64,000 nt of DNA, from assembly GCA_003971905.1 (NCBI GenBank), contig RSEE01000023.1, positions 558,001-622,000 of the forward strand, written 5' to 3'. Within the stretch, counting starts at the first letter, position 1, and every line of letters starts with the position of its first letter. The stretch comes from Moniliella sp. 'wahieum'. Lineage: Eukaryota. Below the pieces are notes generated by a model. It saw nothing but the letters and a program-made list of their open reading frames with translations. It was not told where the DNA came from and searched no databases. The translations under genes and the position numbers were made by a program. Positions 29,165 through 42,329 of the stretch are shown here, one piece after another.

Positions 29165-29774
29165 AGGAGCACCCATTTCATCCATGTTCGTTCATGTCCT
29201 GCATCCGATTCAACCCTCAGCATACCACGCCTCGTTTCCCCGGGCTACATCTTCCTCCACACGCCCCTCATTTGCGAACCACTTTTCTTGGCTGTGCTCA
29301 CAATTTGTGCCCCTCTTTGCTGCCGGCTTTTTGTTCCGTTCTGATACTTGCACACCTGCTCTTACTGCAACCGTGATCATCACGGGCGTCGCCCGCATGA
29401 GTTTTGCGATGATAGGAATGCGTAGAGGGTTTTGGCGGTATAGTAACGATGGAGAGCATTGCAATTGGGATGGATGTGGACAAGTGGCGTACTGCCACCA
29501 GATGCTTGCTAAGCCAAAGTGGGGCGAGATGCAGGCGCTGCCTAACCCTGTAGGATACGAGGGGACGGGGGCTCTGAGAGGCGGGTGTTTCCTGCTTTTC
29601 CCGGGGCGGCGGCGAGCAATGATTAATGATTAATGGACGCAGTGGGATGCGATCGCACGTGCATAATTGATGGGCGGGTGACTGAGCGTGGGTTGGGATT
29701 TGCTGTGCGTCTCCAAATGGGGCTTCGCCTGCGCGGCGCTGCGCTCTGCTCCGCCGCTCGTCGCAACGCTGCGG

Positions 29775-32700
29775 ATGGCCAGCCCCGCGTCTCTGCCCGG
29801 CGTGCTGCCGCCTCCGCCCCCCCGTGGGCGCTGGCCGGCTCTGGCCTGGGCCCAGGCCCCGCCGCCGCGCCTGTCCCTCGCGCGCCTCGTGCACCAGCTC
29901 AGCTGCCTCGTCCACTGGGAGGAGCAGCGTGCGGCTGCGCTCGCCCACGCCGACACCCCCGCCGCCCCCGCGCCCGCCTCGGCCGCCCGCCGCCGCCCGC
30001 GTGCCCGCCACGCCTCCCGCCCTGCCTCCTCCACCACCACGCCCACCCATCCCACGCCCCCCCACAATGCTCCGCCGCTCCCTTCCCGGCGCCCACCGCA
30101 CGCCACACCCAGCCGAAGGACCCGCTTGACCCGCCGCCCCTTGCTGCCGACGCCCATCTCCTGGCCCAGGCGGACGACCTGATGAAGCGTCTTTGGGACC
30201 AGCGCTGGACCTCCGCCCAGCACACTGCCCTTCTCACCGCCAGCACCCCTGGCGTGCCTGACCCTTCTCCCTCCACCCGACTCCCAGGAGTGGTCGCGCC
30301 ACCCCCATCAGCCCCTTTGCCCTTTCCCCCTCGGCCACCGACGATCCCTCTGCCTCCCCGCTGTGGGAAAGCGTCGAACGGCACGCCCCACCTCTCTCGC
30401 CGGTTTCTCCCGACAGCGTGCCTCGTCTCTCTCCCACTCATTAGACGCATATATGCATGCAGAAGAGGATGCCGAGCCCCGCAGCCATCTCCCGGCGGTC
30501 ACGTTGATCTGGGGGAGGGCGAGCTCTGCTCCAAGGCCATCGCTATCCCGACACCGCACCCGCCCCTGATGCCGATTCCATCCCAAATGTTGGGTGGCGA
30601 ATCGCCCACGACAGTGATGCGTGACTTGGAGTTGGCATACGTCCCTACCGATGGAGAGGATGAGGAACATTCGCCTCTTCCCAAGCTGTCGGCGGAGGAG
30701 GAGCTACGTCTGCTAAAGGCTCAGGTGCAGGACATTGCTCGGGTTTGCAAGGTGAATTCATCCTCCCCTGTTTCGATGCGAGGCCTATGACTGAACCCCC
30801 CTTGTCGTTTGCAGGCAGTGGCGTTTGGCGACTTATCCCAGTACGTGACGGTGCCGACGCGTGGACTAGTGATGCAAGACCTCAAGGAGATTATCAACCA
30901 GATGGTCAAGACCCTCTCTGAGTTTACGGCAGACGTGACTCGGGTGAGCCTCGAAGTGGGCACACAAGGTGCTCGGCGGGCAAGTCAAAGCCGAAGGTGT
31001 CGAGGGCCGCTGGAAAGAGCTTAAGGACGTCGTCAACAATCTGGCCATGAACTTGACAAACCAAGTACGTGGCGTGGGCATGTGCACCAAGGCGGTCGCT
31101 CGCGGCGACCTGAGTCGCAAAATCGAGGTTCAAGCCGAGGGTGAGATGCGCGATTTGATCGATACGATGAACACGATGGTGGACCAGCTACGGGACTTTG
31201 CCAACGAAGTGACCCGCGTCTCAAGGGAGGTGGGGTCGATGGGCCAGCTGGGAGGCCAAGCTAGCGTCCCAGGCGTCGAAGGCGTGTGGGAGGAATTGAC
31301 CATCAACGTGAACCGCATGTGCTCCAACCTGACGGAACAAGTCCGGTCCATCTCCATGGTCACTACCGCTGTAGCCAAAGGCAACTTAACCAAGACGATT
31401 GACATTGAGGCTGAAGGAGAGATGGCACAGTTGAAGGATACGGTAAACTCCATGGTCGCCCGCTTGCGGGTATTTGCGTCTGAGGTGGTGCGCATGTCGA
31501 TGGAGGTGGGTACGTACGGCAAGCTCGGCGGGCAAGCTCATGTACCCAACGTCGAGGGCACATGGAAGGACTTGACCGACAATGTAAATCGGATGGCAGA
31601 CAATTTGACCTCCCAAGTACGCGAAATTGCTCGGGTGACCAAGAATGTCGAAGAGGGCGTCTTAACTGAGTTTATCAATGTGGACGCCAAGGGCGAGATC
31701 CTGGATCTCAAGATCACTGTCAACAATATGGTCAAGCAACTCAAAACCTTGTCCGATGAGATCATCCGTGTCTCCGTCGAAGTGGGAACTGAGGGACGAC
31801 TCGGTGGGCAAGCCAATGTTCGAGGCGTCAAGGGCCAGTGGCAGGTACTCACTGACCGGGTCAACATGATGGCTGCCAACCTAACGACCCAAGTACGCTC
31901 AATTGCTGCCGTCACCACGGCTGTCGCTCGTGGTGACCTGGGGCAAACTATCAATGTTGATGCGCGGTGAGCTGCTCGACCTCAAGTTGACCGTCAATGA
32001 GATGGTCAAGTTCCTCCGCACCTTCTCCACTGAGGTGACTCGAGTCGCCCGAGAGGTGGGTACTGAGGGCAAGCTCGGGGGTAAGGCTGTCGTACTCGGC
32101 ATTGAGGGGACGTGGAAAGACCTGACAGAGTCGGTGAATACGATGGCGGGCAACCTCACTCTGCAAGTGCGCACAATTGCGCATGCCACGACGGCGGTGG
32201 CCAACGGCGATCTCAGTCAGAAGGTTACTATTGCTGTTGCGGGTGAAATGCTGGATTTGGTCAACACGATCAACAACATGATTGACCAGCTCTCCTTCTT
32301 TGCCTCAGAGGTCACCCGCGTCGCCCGCGAGGTTGGCACTGAGGGAAAGCTGGGTGTGCAGGCTGAAGCCAAAGACGTCAAGGGCAAATGGGCGGAGATT
32401 ACAGACAATGTCAACATTATGGCCAACAACCTCACTTCGCAGGTGCGCGCCTTTGCTCAGATTACTGCGGCCGCTACCGATGGAGACTTTACTCGTTTTG
32501 TCACCGTCGAGGCGAATGGCGAGATGGACTCGCTAAAGACCAAAATTAATCAGATGGTCTTTAGTTTGCGACTCTATCCAGAAGAACACGGCGGCCAGGG
32601 AGGCGGCCGAACTGGCAAACCGATCCAAATCCGAGTTCTTGGCCAACATGTCGCACGAAATCCGGACCCCGATGAACGGCATCATCGGTCTCACCACCCT

Positions 32701-34200
32701 TACTCTTGAGTCAGAGCTCAGTCGTGGCCAGAGGGAGAACTTGGTTACCGTTTCGACATTGGGGGCGGTCTGCTCGCTATCATTGACGACATTCTTGACA
32801 TTTCCAAGATCGAGGCTGGGCGGATGACGGTGGAGGAGGTCCCGTTCAGTTTGCGGACTATCGTGCTGGGTGTGTTAAAGACTCTCTCTGTCCGAGCCAC
32901 ACAGAAGAAGTTGCGTTTACTTTACGAAGTAACGCGTGACTGCCCCGAACCGCTCGTGGGCGATGCGCTTCGCCTCAAACAGATTATCACCAACTTGATT
33001 GGCAATGCGGTCAAGTTCACCGAATCAGGGGGGCGCGTCTCTCTCACGTGCAAGGTTGCTCGGCAGATTTCGGAAAATGAGGTGATGTTGGAGTTTTGCG
33101 CATCCGACTCGGGGATCGGGATCAAGCCAGAGAAGCTGGATCTCATCTTTGACACGTTTAGTCAAGCGGACGGGTCGACAACGCGTAAGTATGGTGGCAC
33201 AGGCCTAGGACTCAGCATTTCTCGCCGCTTGGTTAAGCTCATGGGTGGGGATCTGTGGGTGCAGAGCGACTACGGTAAGGGGTCCGAGTTTTTCTTCACA
33301 ATGGTGGTGCGAATCGACAAGTTGTCGCAAGAGCAGGTACTGGACAAGATCCGTCCCTACATGGGCCGCAACATCTTCTTCCTCGACACGCTCCATGATA
33401 AGACGGGGATTGTGGACATGCTACGACAGCTCAAGCTGAACCCGATCCATTGTCACTCGGTCGAGGAAGCGCTTGTGCTTACCCGTCAACATCGTCTTCC
33501 TCGTATTGATTCAATCATCGTCGACTCGATTGAAGCGGTGGGCGATTTGCTTGGTCGAAACACTGCATTATATCCCCATCAACTTGATCACGCCCTATGA
33601 AATCACACTCAGCCTCACGTTCTGTCTCGATCATGGGATTTCAAGCTACATCACTACCCCGCCTCATTGGTGGACATTATGTACACCCTCCTCCCCTCAC
33701 TGGAGAGTGCTGCGGCTGTTCTGTCGGAGGGAACAACCGAAGTAACTTATGACATTCTCCTGGCCGAAGACAATCAAGTGAACCAGAAGCTGGCGGTCAA
33801 GATGCTCAGCAATCAGGGCCACCGCATCGACGTGGTGCCCAATGGGGCAGAGGCGGTGGATGCGATTAAGCGAAAGGCGTACGATGTGATTCATGGACGT
33901 GTCGATGCCCATCATGGGGGGGATTGAAGCAACAATGGCGATTCGCGCTTGGGAGAAGAGCGAGGGGATCGAAGAGACGGCGGTGCCAATCATTGCTTTG
34001 ACCGCACATGCCATGTTGGGGGACAAGGGCGCTGCCTCCAAGCTGGGATGAATGCCTATGTTTCCAAGCCCATCCGTCGTACCGAGCTGCTCAGTGCGCT
34101 TCACAATCTTCTTCCTCCGGCCAAAGTATTTGCCCGCCATGCAAACCATGCGGCGCTGAGCCCTGGGGACAAGTTGGCGCTCACTGCAAAGGGTCGGTGA
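29775..34200 (+). CDS. NIK1: Group III hybrid histidine kinase (poly-HAMP, HisKA, HATPase, receiver)
   Basis: Six ~92-aa HAMP repeats (..[16 protein letters not shown]..) plus a terminal HAMP; H box [21 protein letters not shown] boxes [27 protein letters not shown]; receiver [25 protein letters not shown]. Intron ~30752-30814. Start codon uncertain (Pro-rich N-terminus). Confidence 0.93.
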
Positions 34201-34616
34201 CGATGCGAAGGCTTATAAGGACGTTCAGACCATGCAGTGCCCTGATCTCATTAACCATTTCCTTTCTCACTTCTCATCCTACCCTTATTAGCGTTTCTTC
34301 ATGTATCAGCGGGCTCGGCGCGGCCTTTTGTAGGCTTATAACCATCCCTGTCTGATCCGATCTCGCCCCTCACCAGCACCCGTACGATTATGTCTGGAGG
34401 GCAACTCCACCAGGGCCTCCTTCTCGCGGCACCTTTCCCGTGTACGTGCTACGAAAAGCACTATGCTTCAATGTTATGAGCAGCCCTTTCATAGTACCTA
34501 GCAGAGCAGTAAAGAAAAAGGATAGAATCAATAAGTGGAAGTAGTGAGCGATTGACGCGATGAAGCTTGAAGCTTGAAGATGCACCGCCTCTGGCATTTT
34601 GCTCCTGCTGCCGTCT

Positions 34617-34716
34617 GTCGGGTTAGCTCAGATGGGAGAGCGTGAGATTGAAGTTACTCTTCAGTACCATATCCTCGGATTCCTCAAGGTCCCCGGTTCG
34701 ATCCCGGGACACGACA
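34617..34716 (+). tRNA. tRNA-Phe (GAA), intron-containing
   Basis: GTCGGGTTAGCTCAGATGGGAGAGCGTGAGATTGAAG-[intron]-..CTCAAGGTCCCCGGTTCGATCCCGGGACACGACA then TTTTT. One acceptor-stem and one anticodon-stem mismatch. Confidence 0.85.
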
Positions 34717-34838
34717 TCTTTTTCATAAGCACCAGTGTTCCCTTCTCTCTTTGGCCCCTCCCCGTCTCAGTGCATTGCTAGATGCCAAACTACTCTATTT
34801 ACTCCAACACCGGTCACTGTTCACAAACACACCATCGA

Positions 34839-37510
34839 TCACCCTGCTATGCCTCCCGCTTTGGTCTTGGCTCCAGCTTTGGCTGCAGCGGCGGCCGCCA
34901 AGGCACGCTGGGCCTCTTCGTAGTGGCGCAGATTGGTGCCGGTGAAGAAGCCATTAAAGTCGAGCCGGGCCGCGAGTTGGGTGAAATGTTGCCGTGCAGT
35001 CGCGCCCATCTCGGACTTGGGTTGTTCCGCACGCCCAACCCCCCCGTCGCAGGCAGCGGCTCGCGTGCCCCGGGTCCTTCAATGACAAACTCGAAAAAGT
35101 CCCGCAGCTGTTCTCGCACACCAACCACCAGCGCCAGCATGGTCTGGTACCGCTCCTTGAGCAGATCGACTCCTCTGCACTAGCCCGATCATCGCCCACC
35201 GAACCTTCGCTAAGCAAGTCCGGCACACATCGCCCCCCCACCGCTCGATCAAGCCAGCAAAGCGTCGCAGTTGCCCACCACCGCCATGACCAGCTTGGAC
35301 AGGGGTGGAAAGGAAAGAAGTAACCCGTCCTGAACGTATGAGAGAAAAGTGCGATGCAAAGTGCGTACATCCGCAAAATCCAGTCGAGAAGGTTGTTCCC
35401 TTGCCCCACCCCAGGCTTGAGAGGGAGCCACGCTCCGTGCCCCAAAAGAAGGGCGTACCTTGCGTGGAGAGAAGCTCGGCCCCAACGTACTGGGTGGGCG
35501 CAATTCAGGTCCGGGGGTACTCTGAGCCCGGGTTCGTATCTCCTCCAATCCGTGGGGAGGGCGCCCTCCTAACCTTGACGGGAAGGGAAGCAGTGCTTGA
35601 GTATGTTTACCAAGTTTGGTTGGGGAAGACAGGTGACGCACATTCCGCCCAGACAGGCCACTAGTTACACGGGATGGAGAGGCCGGGGGAGTGGAAGCAT
35701 TGCTAAGCCGCTTGTCCCGTTTATCTTGTCTTTCCTCGTGGGCTTGTACAGTTGGTTCAGCAGAGTGTGGTACTGTACTTCAATCACATCCGTCTACCCT
35801 GCAGTTAGTTGGGATCTAGTTGCCCCAAAAGGACGTACCTGGAAATGCCCGAGCAGCGTATCCAAAAACCAAATCAAGTCTCGAGCAGGCACCAAGTTAA
35901 GGAGCAAGTCAGAACGGTGCTTAACCTCTTTGGGGTTGACGCCGCCCTCGCCAACGCCGGTGAACTTGCGCCGCACTCGTTGGCTGTTGGAGAGGGAAGT
36001 CCAGCACCCACAACACGGCGGTGAGTATGACATAAAGCAAATAAGTAGAGAAAAAAGTCGCATACCGCCCCACTTCGGCAGGGGACAGGAATAAGTCCAA
36101 GGGAAACTCGGCCGTGTAGCTTAATTGCCACCCTGGCACTCCCGCATGAGGGAAAATTTCTCCATCTTCTCCGAGGGGACAGGACGCCAATGCAGCCGTT
36201 CCATCGATGGTTGTTCCATCTCCCCTACTGTTCGATGCAGGGCTTGTTCGAGGTCGGCTTCGTGGAGAGCGGCAGAAAACGGGGGCATACGCTTTCTCTT
36301 TTTCGTCCGCTCCAGCTCCGAGAGGAGAGAGCAGGCAAAACCGCCATTCCTTAGAAGAAAGAACTGTCCCAAGTCTTCCAGCGCCGATACGACTGCCTCG
36401 TTCGTCAATACGGTGCGCCAAAGCCACTCTCCCACCTCTTGTTGCAGGTCGAGCAAAGTTTGGGAAAACATGAGAGGGTGGCTAGGGCGTGCATCCGGTC
36501 GACGTAATCGTGCGCATGAACGGTGATGAGGGTTTGGGGTATAGGACCAGCCTCGGCCTGGCCCCGGTCCAGGGCAAAAAACTTGACCCGATGCAAGGCT
36601 CGGCCAATATAGAGGATGGTGTCAGCGAGGGGGGGAGGGATGGAGTGAGGAAAAGCATAAGGTCGTAACCCCCAATCAGAACCCACTTGCTCCACAAGAG
36701 CATCGCGACCAGATGAAACCAGGCGTGATCCCATGGACACCGGGCTTCCACTGACTGTACCCTGGCACACCCAGTCGATCAGGATCTCCATCCAGCTATG
36801 CTCCACCGCCGCGTACCAAGGCCATGAGGTCCGCCACTTGGGCAATCCCTGTATCCACCGCATGGGTCAGGAGGTCAATCAACAATCCCCCCGTCCATCC
36901 CTCCAGACCTGTGGGGAGCGTCTCCACGTCCACCTTTCGGGCAAGCCAAGTAGGTTGTAGCTCGCCCGTGGACCCAGGAGCAAGGCGCGTACCAGTCGCC
37001 GAAGTGCGACGAAACGAGGATACCAGTCAGCCAATTCGGCACGGACTGACAAGAGGGAGACAAAGGAATGGGATGCAACAAAGTCTGGGTCGCGCTCCAA
37101 TATACCCTGCTCGATGGCCACGATGCGTTTTTGGTAATCATCCAGCGCGTGCAGCAAAGCCGCACAGAGCGGGGCGAGGTGGGCAGTAACACACTCATCT
37201 CCGCGCGAGGCACGGAAGGCGACATGGCGAAGAAGTTGGGTACGGGAACGATCCATATTACTTGGGCGAAACGACGGACAATCCGGACGCTCCAGCCGAG
37301 TTCGGCTAGACTCTGGAGCTGTGCTCGCTCCCGCTTGCAGAGAAACCTCGGCGGGGACGCGCACTGAGGCATCGAGAGCGGCGAGCAGCTCGGCTCGCTG
37401 GCAAGGGTGGCCACATCATTCCCCTCTTGGATCGGGCTGCCATCAGGTGCATAGGCGGCCACAAGCGACGACGGATGACCGCCCAGGATGAGAAGCACCT
37501 CGGACAACAT
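34839..37510 (-). CDS. GCP4: Gamma-tubulin complex component 4 (Spc97/98 family, GCP4/Gfh1-like)
   Basis: N-terminus MLSEVLLILGGHPS (GCP4-type); LADTILYIGRAL; GQFFLLRNGGFA; YSPP..LDFPL..Y...F; C-terminal QLAARLDFNGFF. Many indels. Confidence 0.85.
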
Positions 37511-38133
37511 CCCCAGGCGCGTCCGGCTCGTTGCTGGCCAAGAGCGCGCCTACATTAAGTACACAAAACAGCACCCGCATTTCGCGCCCCCGGCACTGCT
37601 GACGTAATCCGGTATGTCACCTCGCTTCGTCCATGCATGTCGATGCTGTATAGATACACGCCGCGGAGGCTGGCTCCCCCCGTCATTCCGATCTCGCATC
37701 CTTTCTTCAACCACAGGCTCGAGTCACTTTGCGGCCAGGGGTGGGTGTTGGTATGGTTATGCACTCAAGATGATGTTGATGGTTGGAAGACCTGGTCCAC
37801 CCTTCCGATCATGGGCCTCGGTGTGTGTTATATCAGCCGCAAGCTCATTTTGTCGGTAAAGAAACTGCCCCTCATGCCCTCTCCAGCTTCAAGTACTTGG
37901 ACGCCCTTGCCCGAATGGCGAAGACAGATTCGTACATTCACGGTTCATGTCTCCCATCACCACTTCTAGCGTGTCTGTCTACGTCCAAAGATGATCTCAC
38001 CAAGCCAGAGGCCGGCACTCCCCGCAGCCACAAGCCAAGGCTTAATCAAGGCGATCGCCAAGTTTGCTCTATATGTCAGTTCCTTGTCGCGAGCGACGTT
38101 TCCCCGGCGGCAATGCGTAGCCAAAACGATCAG

Positions 38134-38646
38134 TTAGCTTTGCTGGGATGAGTTTCCGGTACGAGCATAGTACTCCTGGCGCAGTTCATCTTTCCACTTG
38201 TGGATCTCATCCTCAGTAGGGATGATCCCCCTTTTCCCCAGCTCGGAGCGGGCAACAGCCCTCATGCGGGCATCAAAGTCCCTCTCCTCCGATTCGTGCT
38301 GCAGCAGGGCTTTGTCTGCGGAGAGGGTGAACCAGGCCAAGGCCACTTATGGGATAAAGTCAGCCAATAGAGTTTCCACAGCCCACACCACATCCGCGCC
38401 ATATCCTATCGCATCCCAGTTGCGAGCGGGACATACCCGAGGCAGTGATAAAGACTTTGACCTGAACCTCTGGCGACCAAAGGCAGGGTAAGCAATGCCG
38501 CCAAAGTAACATCCGAGGCCGCCTAGGAGTGTGCCATAGAGCAGACCCTTGATTCCAGCAAGAGACTGCACCAGCGATGCATGCTCCGTCTCATCTCGGC
38601 GCCAAAATCTCCGGCGTTGTTCAAGAGGAAGCCCAGGATCGCTCAT
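38134..38646 (-). CDS. Small mitochondrial membrane protein, Rcf2 N-terminal/Rcf3-like
   Basis: GIKGLLYGTLLGGLG..YPAFGRQ..K.., a GTATGT..CTGAC..AAG intron, then FTLSADKALLQHESEER...ARSELGKRGIIPTEDEIHKWK, resembling a conserved basidiomycete family. Family assignment by recall only. Confidence 0.6.
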
Positions 38647-41600
38647 GGTGGCGGCGCGATGAACAATGAATGTTGGAGTTGAGTGTTGAGTGCTCGGTGT
38701 TGAGAGTTGAATGATGGTCAAGTCGATGTCATCTTCGTCTACCAACGGCTCGAGGCTTCACTAGAAGCGTGAAGTTCTTGAACGTTCAACGCTTCTGTGA
38801 CATATGACAGCTGATGCATGATGCATGATGCATGATGACACATGTCAACGTTGAACTTGAACGTTCAACCCGGAGCGAATTTCGGTGCAAGTGAGTACTA
38901 TTGTGGGGATCCGATCCTCGTCCCACCCACTTTTGGCTCCCCTGCTCTTCGTACTATTATGGCCTGTTTCTTCTCTTTCCTACTCAACATGTTCATTGAG
39001 AACGTGGGTGGCCCGGAAAGAGCGCGCAAACATGAATACTCCCATGTGGCCTCATGCATCAGTGCCCCAACTTGTATTTTTTGGTGCAGGTGAAAAAGAC
39101 GTCCTCAATGAGATGGCCGCACTTCTGTATACTTTTGAAGCAAATAGAAGAGAAAGAGAGGAACGGGGAGAATAAAGCAAGCGGAGTATACGAAACAGCT
39201 GAATGTCATTCAATCTGGACTTGATCTTGATAGTGTTGAGCTCTGTGGACTTGGCAGAGGACAAGGAGGAGAGCCAAGTCTCGTTGAGCCCATAGATATA
39301 CTCAATCACATCTCAAACTCATATTGCGCCTCATTCATAATGCGCTTCAAAACATTAAGAGCCTGCCGAGAGAAGCTCCACCACATCGCGCTGCCAGCAC
39401 TGGTGTTGCTTTTTATTCCCCCCTTCCCCGCTACACACACACAGGCCAAAGTGTAAGCCTACAACCTCGGGAAAAGTGGTGATAAGGTATGTTGCGTATA
39501 TATCCCTGTGCTCATCCAGTCCGCACGCTGTTTCGCCTTGGGGTGAAAAGGTCATTTTCTTACTGTACTAGTCCATGTGGAAAAGTTGTCTATCTTTTCT
39601 GAACCAGTATTTTTGAAGAGGGAGACGTACATGGTGGGGAGAGAATTAGGAAGGCAGTAATACATATTATAGAGGAAAAGGGGGATGATAGTCCTGAAAG
39701 AATGTGTGTTGGGTTAGAGTGCGAGAGAGATGAAGGGATGGTGACCCACCACAGAGGCGCGTACCGAAAAATAAAGAGCAACATCGAGGAAGGTGGTGAA
39801 GAGAGTGGCGAAGAATAGCAGGCTCCTTTGGAAGATGAAGAGTTACATGGCGAGACAGGGGAGCAGACCCACCCCCATGCCATATTTTCACAATATGATG
39901 TATAGGCAACCATTATGCATGGGGACCGAGATGGTATAACAAGGGTGTCAGACTCGGTTCAATCGTAAGCGTCCCCGCCACCATGGTTCAGTATGAATGA
40001 GGAAAGAGCACCATGAGCAAGTGCGAACACATACGCTCATAAGAACGCGGATGCCACAGCACAGTGGTTGCGCAAGGATGGGTCAGAGTGAGAAGGAAGG
40101 CTCACGCCGTTCCCACTTTTGCCACAATTATATGCAAAATCTACTCTAATGTGTAAGGGTTTGGCCTCCACGGACAGTCGCCTGACGTATGACGAACCAA
40201 AAGAAAGAGCCGACCTCTATAGCACCTTGGGTAAAGAGGTCCAAGGGCGTAATAGGCTTAAGCTTTTCTTACCATATTTTATAGTCGTCATCCCTCTCTG
40301 GCTCTTACTAGGGGGCGTGGAATGGATGAGGTAGAATTGAAGTAGAAACAGGGTGGCTGATGCCATTTTGTTAAAAGCCAGTGTGTGATTTCGCTCCCCC
40401 CATTTTCGATGTATTGTCTCGAGCGTCTCTTCACTCATTTCCCCATTTGGTGGTATTCAGCTTCGCTCCATGTCCTCTGTTTTCGTTTCTTCCACACGAA
40501 CGATTACCACCTTCCATGGGTTGTGTCTCCACTCTGGTCTCCATATTGCCTTCGCCCCCAGCTTGGACACAATTGGTCGCTTTTGACTGTCCAAAATCCA
40601 TTATTAGTCCGGAGAGAGGGTCTTTACGTCGACAGAGGTAAGGCGCATCACGCGCCCATTCATGCGGAACGGAACACTGTCTCGAAACCATGAGTATTCG
40701 AATGCTGTATAGTGGTTGACACGGAGTGATAATAACGGAGACGCGGCGGCGCGCTCTACTGGGCATCAGAGCAGGCGGGCCTTAGCTTGCATCAGAACAT
40801 CTTGGATCCAACGCAGCCCGTAGCAGTATGTCTGAGGCTTCTCCCCAGCCCGTTCGGTGACCATAGAAACGATCGACCCCCACCGTTCTGTCATCGCGTC
40901 CACAACCGCTCCATGGTCTACATTCCAGGAAAAAATGATCATAGCGATTCCAATACATTCCAAGTACCGTAACACATTTCCTTCAATATTGCCACAATTG
41001 CAGATACGTCTATAACCGTGGGCACGACCCAGGCCATGAGTTCGCCGAGTGACGGTCGGCGGCCCAGGTATGGATATTTCATACCGGGCAATAAGCCATT
41101 GAGTGAAGACGAAGGGGAATAATTAATAAGGAACCGATAAGAGCAACAGGCGGTGATGCTCACTTGTGAATTAATGAGAGTTTTGAAGCGCGAAAAGAGG
41201 CGGGGGAGTAATAAGTGAAGCTAGTGAAGAGTGGGGGGCGCGACTGAAGGTTGGTCAGCCTTGAAGAATGAGAGTTCTATAATGGCGAGGCTGTGAGAAG
41301 GCGGAGGGGGTGACACACTGGAAAAGAACTTTTGCGAGAAAAACGCCGCCTGAGAACATGCATAAACACAAAGCCTTGTGGAGAATAATAGAATGCCACC
41401 CAGTTGTTGCACCGTGGCTGTTGTGAGTGGCGCTACCCTAGTTAGCTAGGTGAAGGTTTTAGGCTTAGCCTGCGCCGCGCGCGTTCTATCCGTGGCGCCT
41501 CCGCTTGGGTCCCATTGTAAGCCGCACGTGTAGTAACTGTTGGCGCATTCCTCTGTTCTTCCTTACCACCGCCACCTCTTCACTCCACTCGTTACCTCGT

Positions 41601-42329
41601 TCTCGATCATCTATACTTCTGATAGCTCAGACCGCGCCGTCTGCCTGCCGTAGTATGCCGCTACACTGTGAACCCATTCCCCACTATGGGTATGTCTTTC
41701 CTGGCAAGCCATATGAGGTGAAGGCAGCAAGGCAGCCACAGAAGGGGACAGTCAGAAGGATGCAGTTATAATCTCTTCGGCCGCCGTTTCCGACGATTCA
41801 CAAAAAGGATGTTGGATTTTCCGGTTTCCAGTACCACATATATTGTGGTAGATATATTGGGGTAGATTCTGATGGAGGCGGAAGGGGAACGCACCGTTTC
41901 TCACAGAGATAGATATAAGGCATGCCATTGTGTCCCATTCTCACGGATGGTTACATTGCAAAGCCCCAAACTCAATCACAATTCAGACTCAGGGGTAAGG
42001 GCATATTGGCGTGAGGTTACTAAGAGAAGCAAAATTGGAACTGCGACGGTCTGAAGCGGCAACTTACAGAGAGACGAAGGAACAACAGGGTAAGGCCTAA
42101 GGGGGCGATGAACCAAAGAGAAGGAAGAACTCACACAGGGGTGGGAAGCGTCGGGAAAAAGCACATCTGGGAGAGGCGGAGGAACTGTGCTTGGCGTCAT
42201 CGATCATCCGGGCCTTTATTGAACTCCCTCGTGCCCCCCTGTCGGACGACACTCCCATTCTCGGCGAGCCCACCGCTGTGAAGAAAAATGCCGAGATGTG
42301 TGGCGTAGGTAGATATATGGCCAGGCGTG

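Noticed and set aside
39940..39985. GGTTCAATC...CGCCACCA resembling a tRNA 3' end
   Set aside because: No cloverleaf, A box or acceptor-stem pairing can be built.
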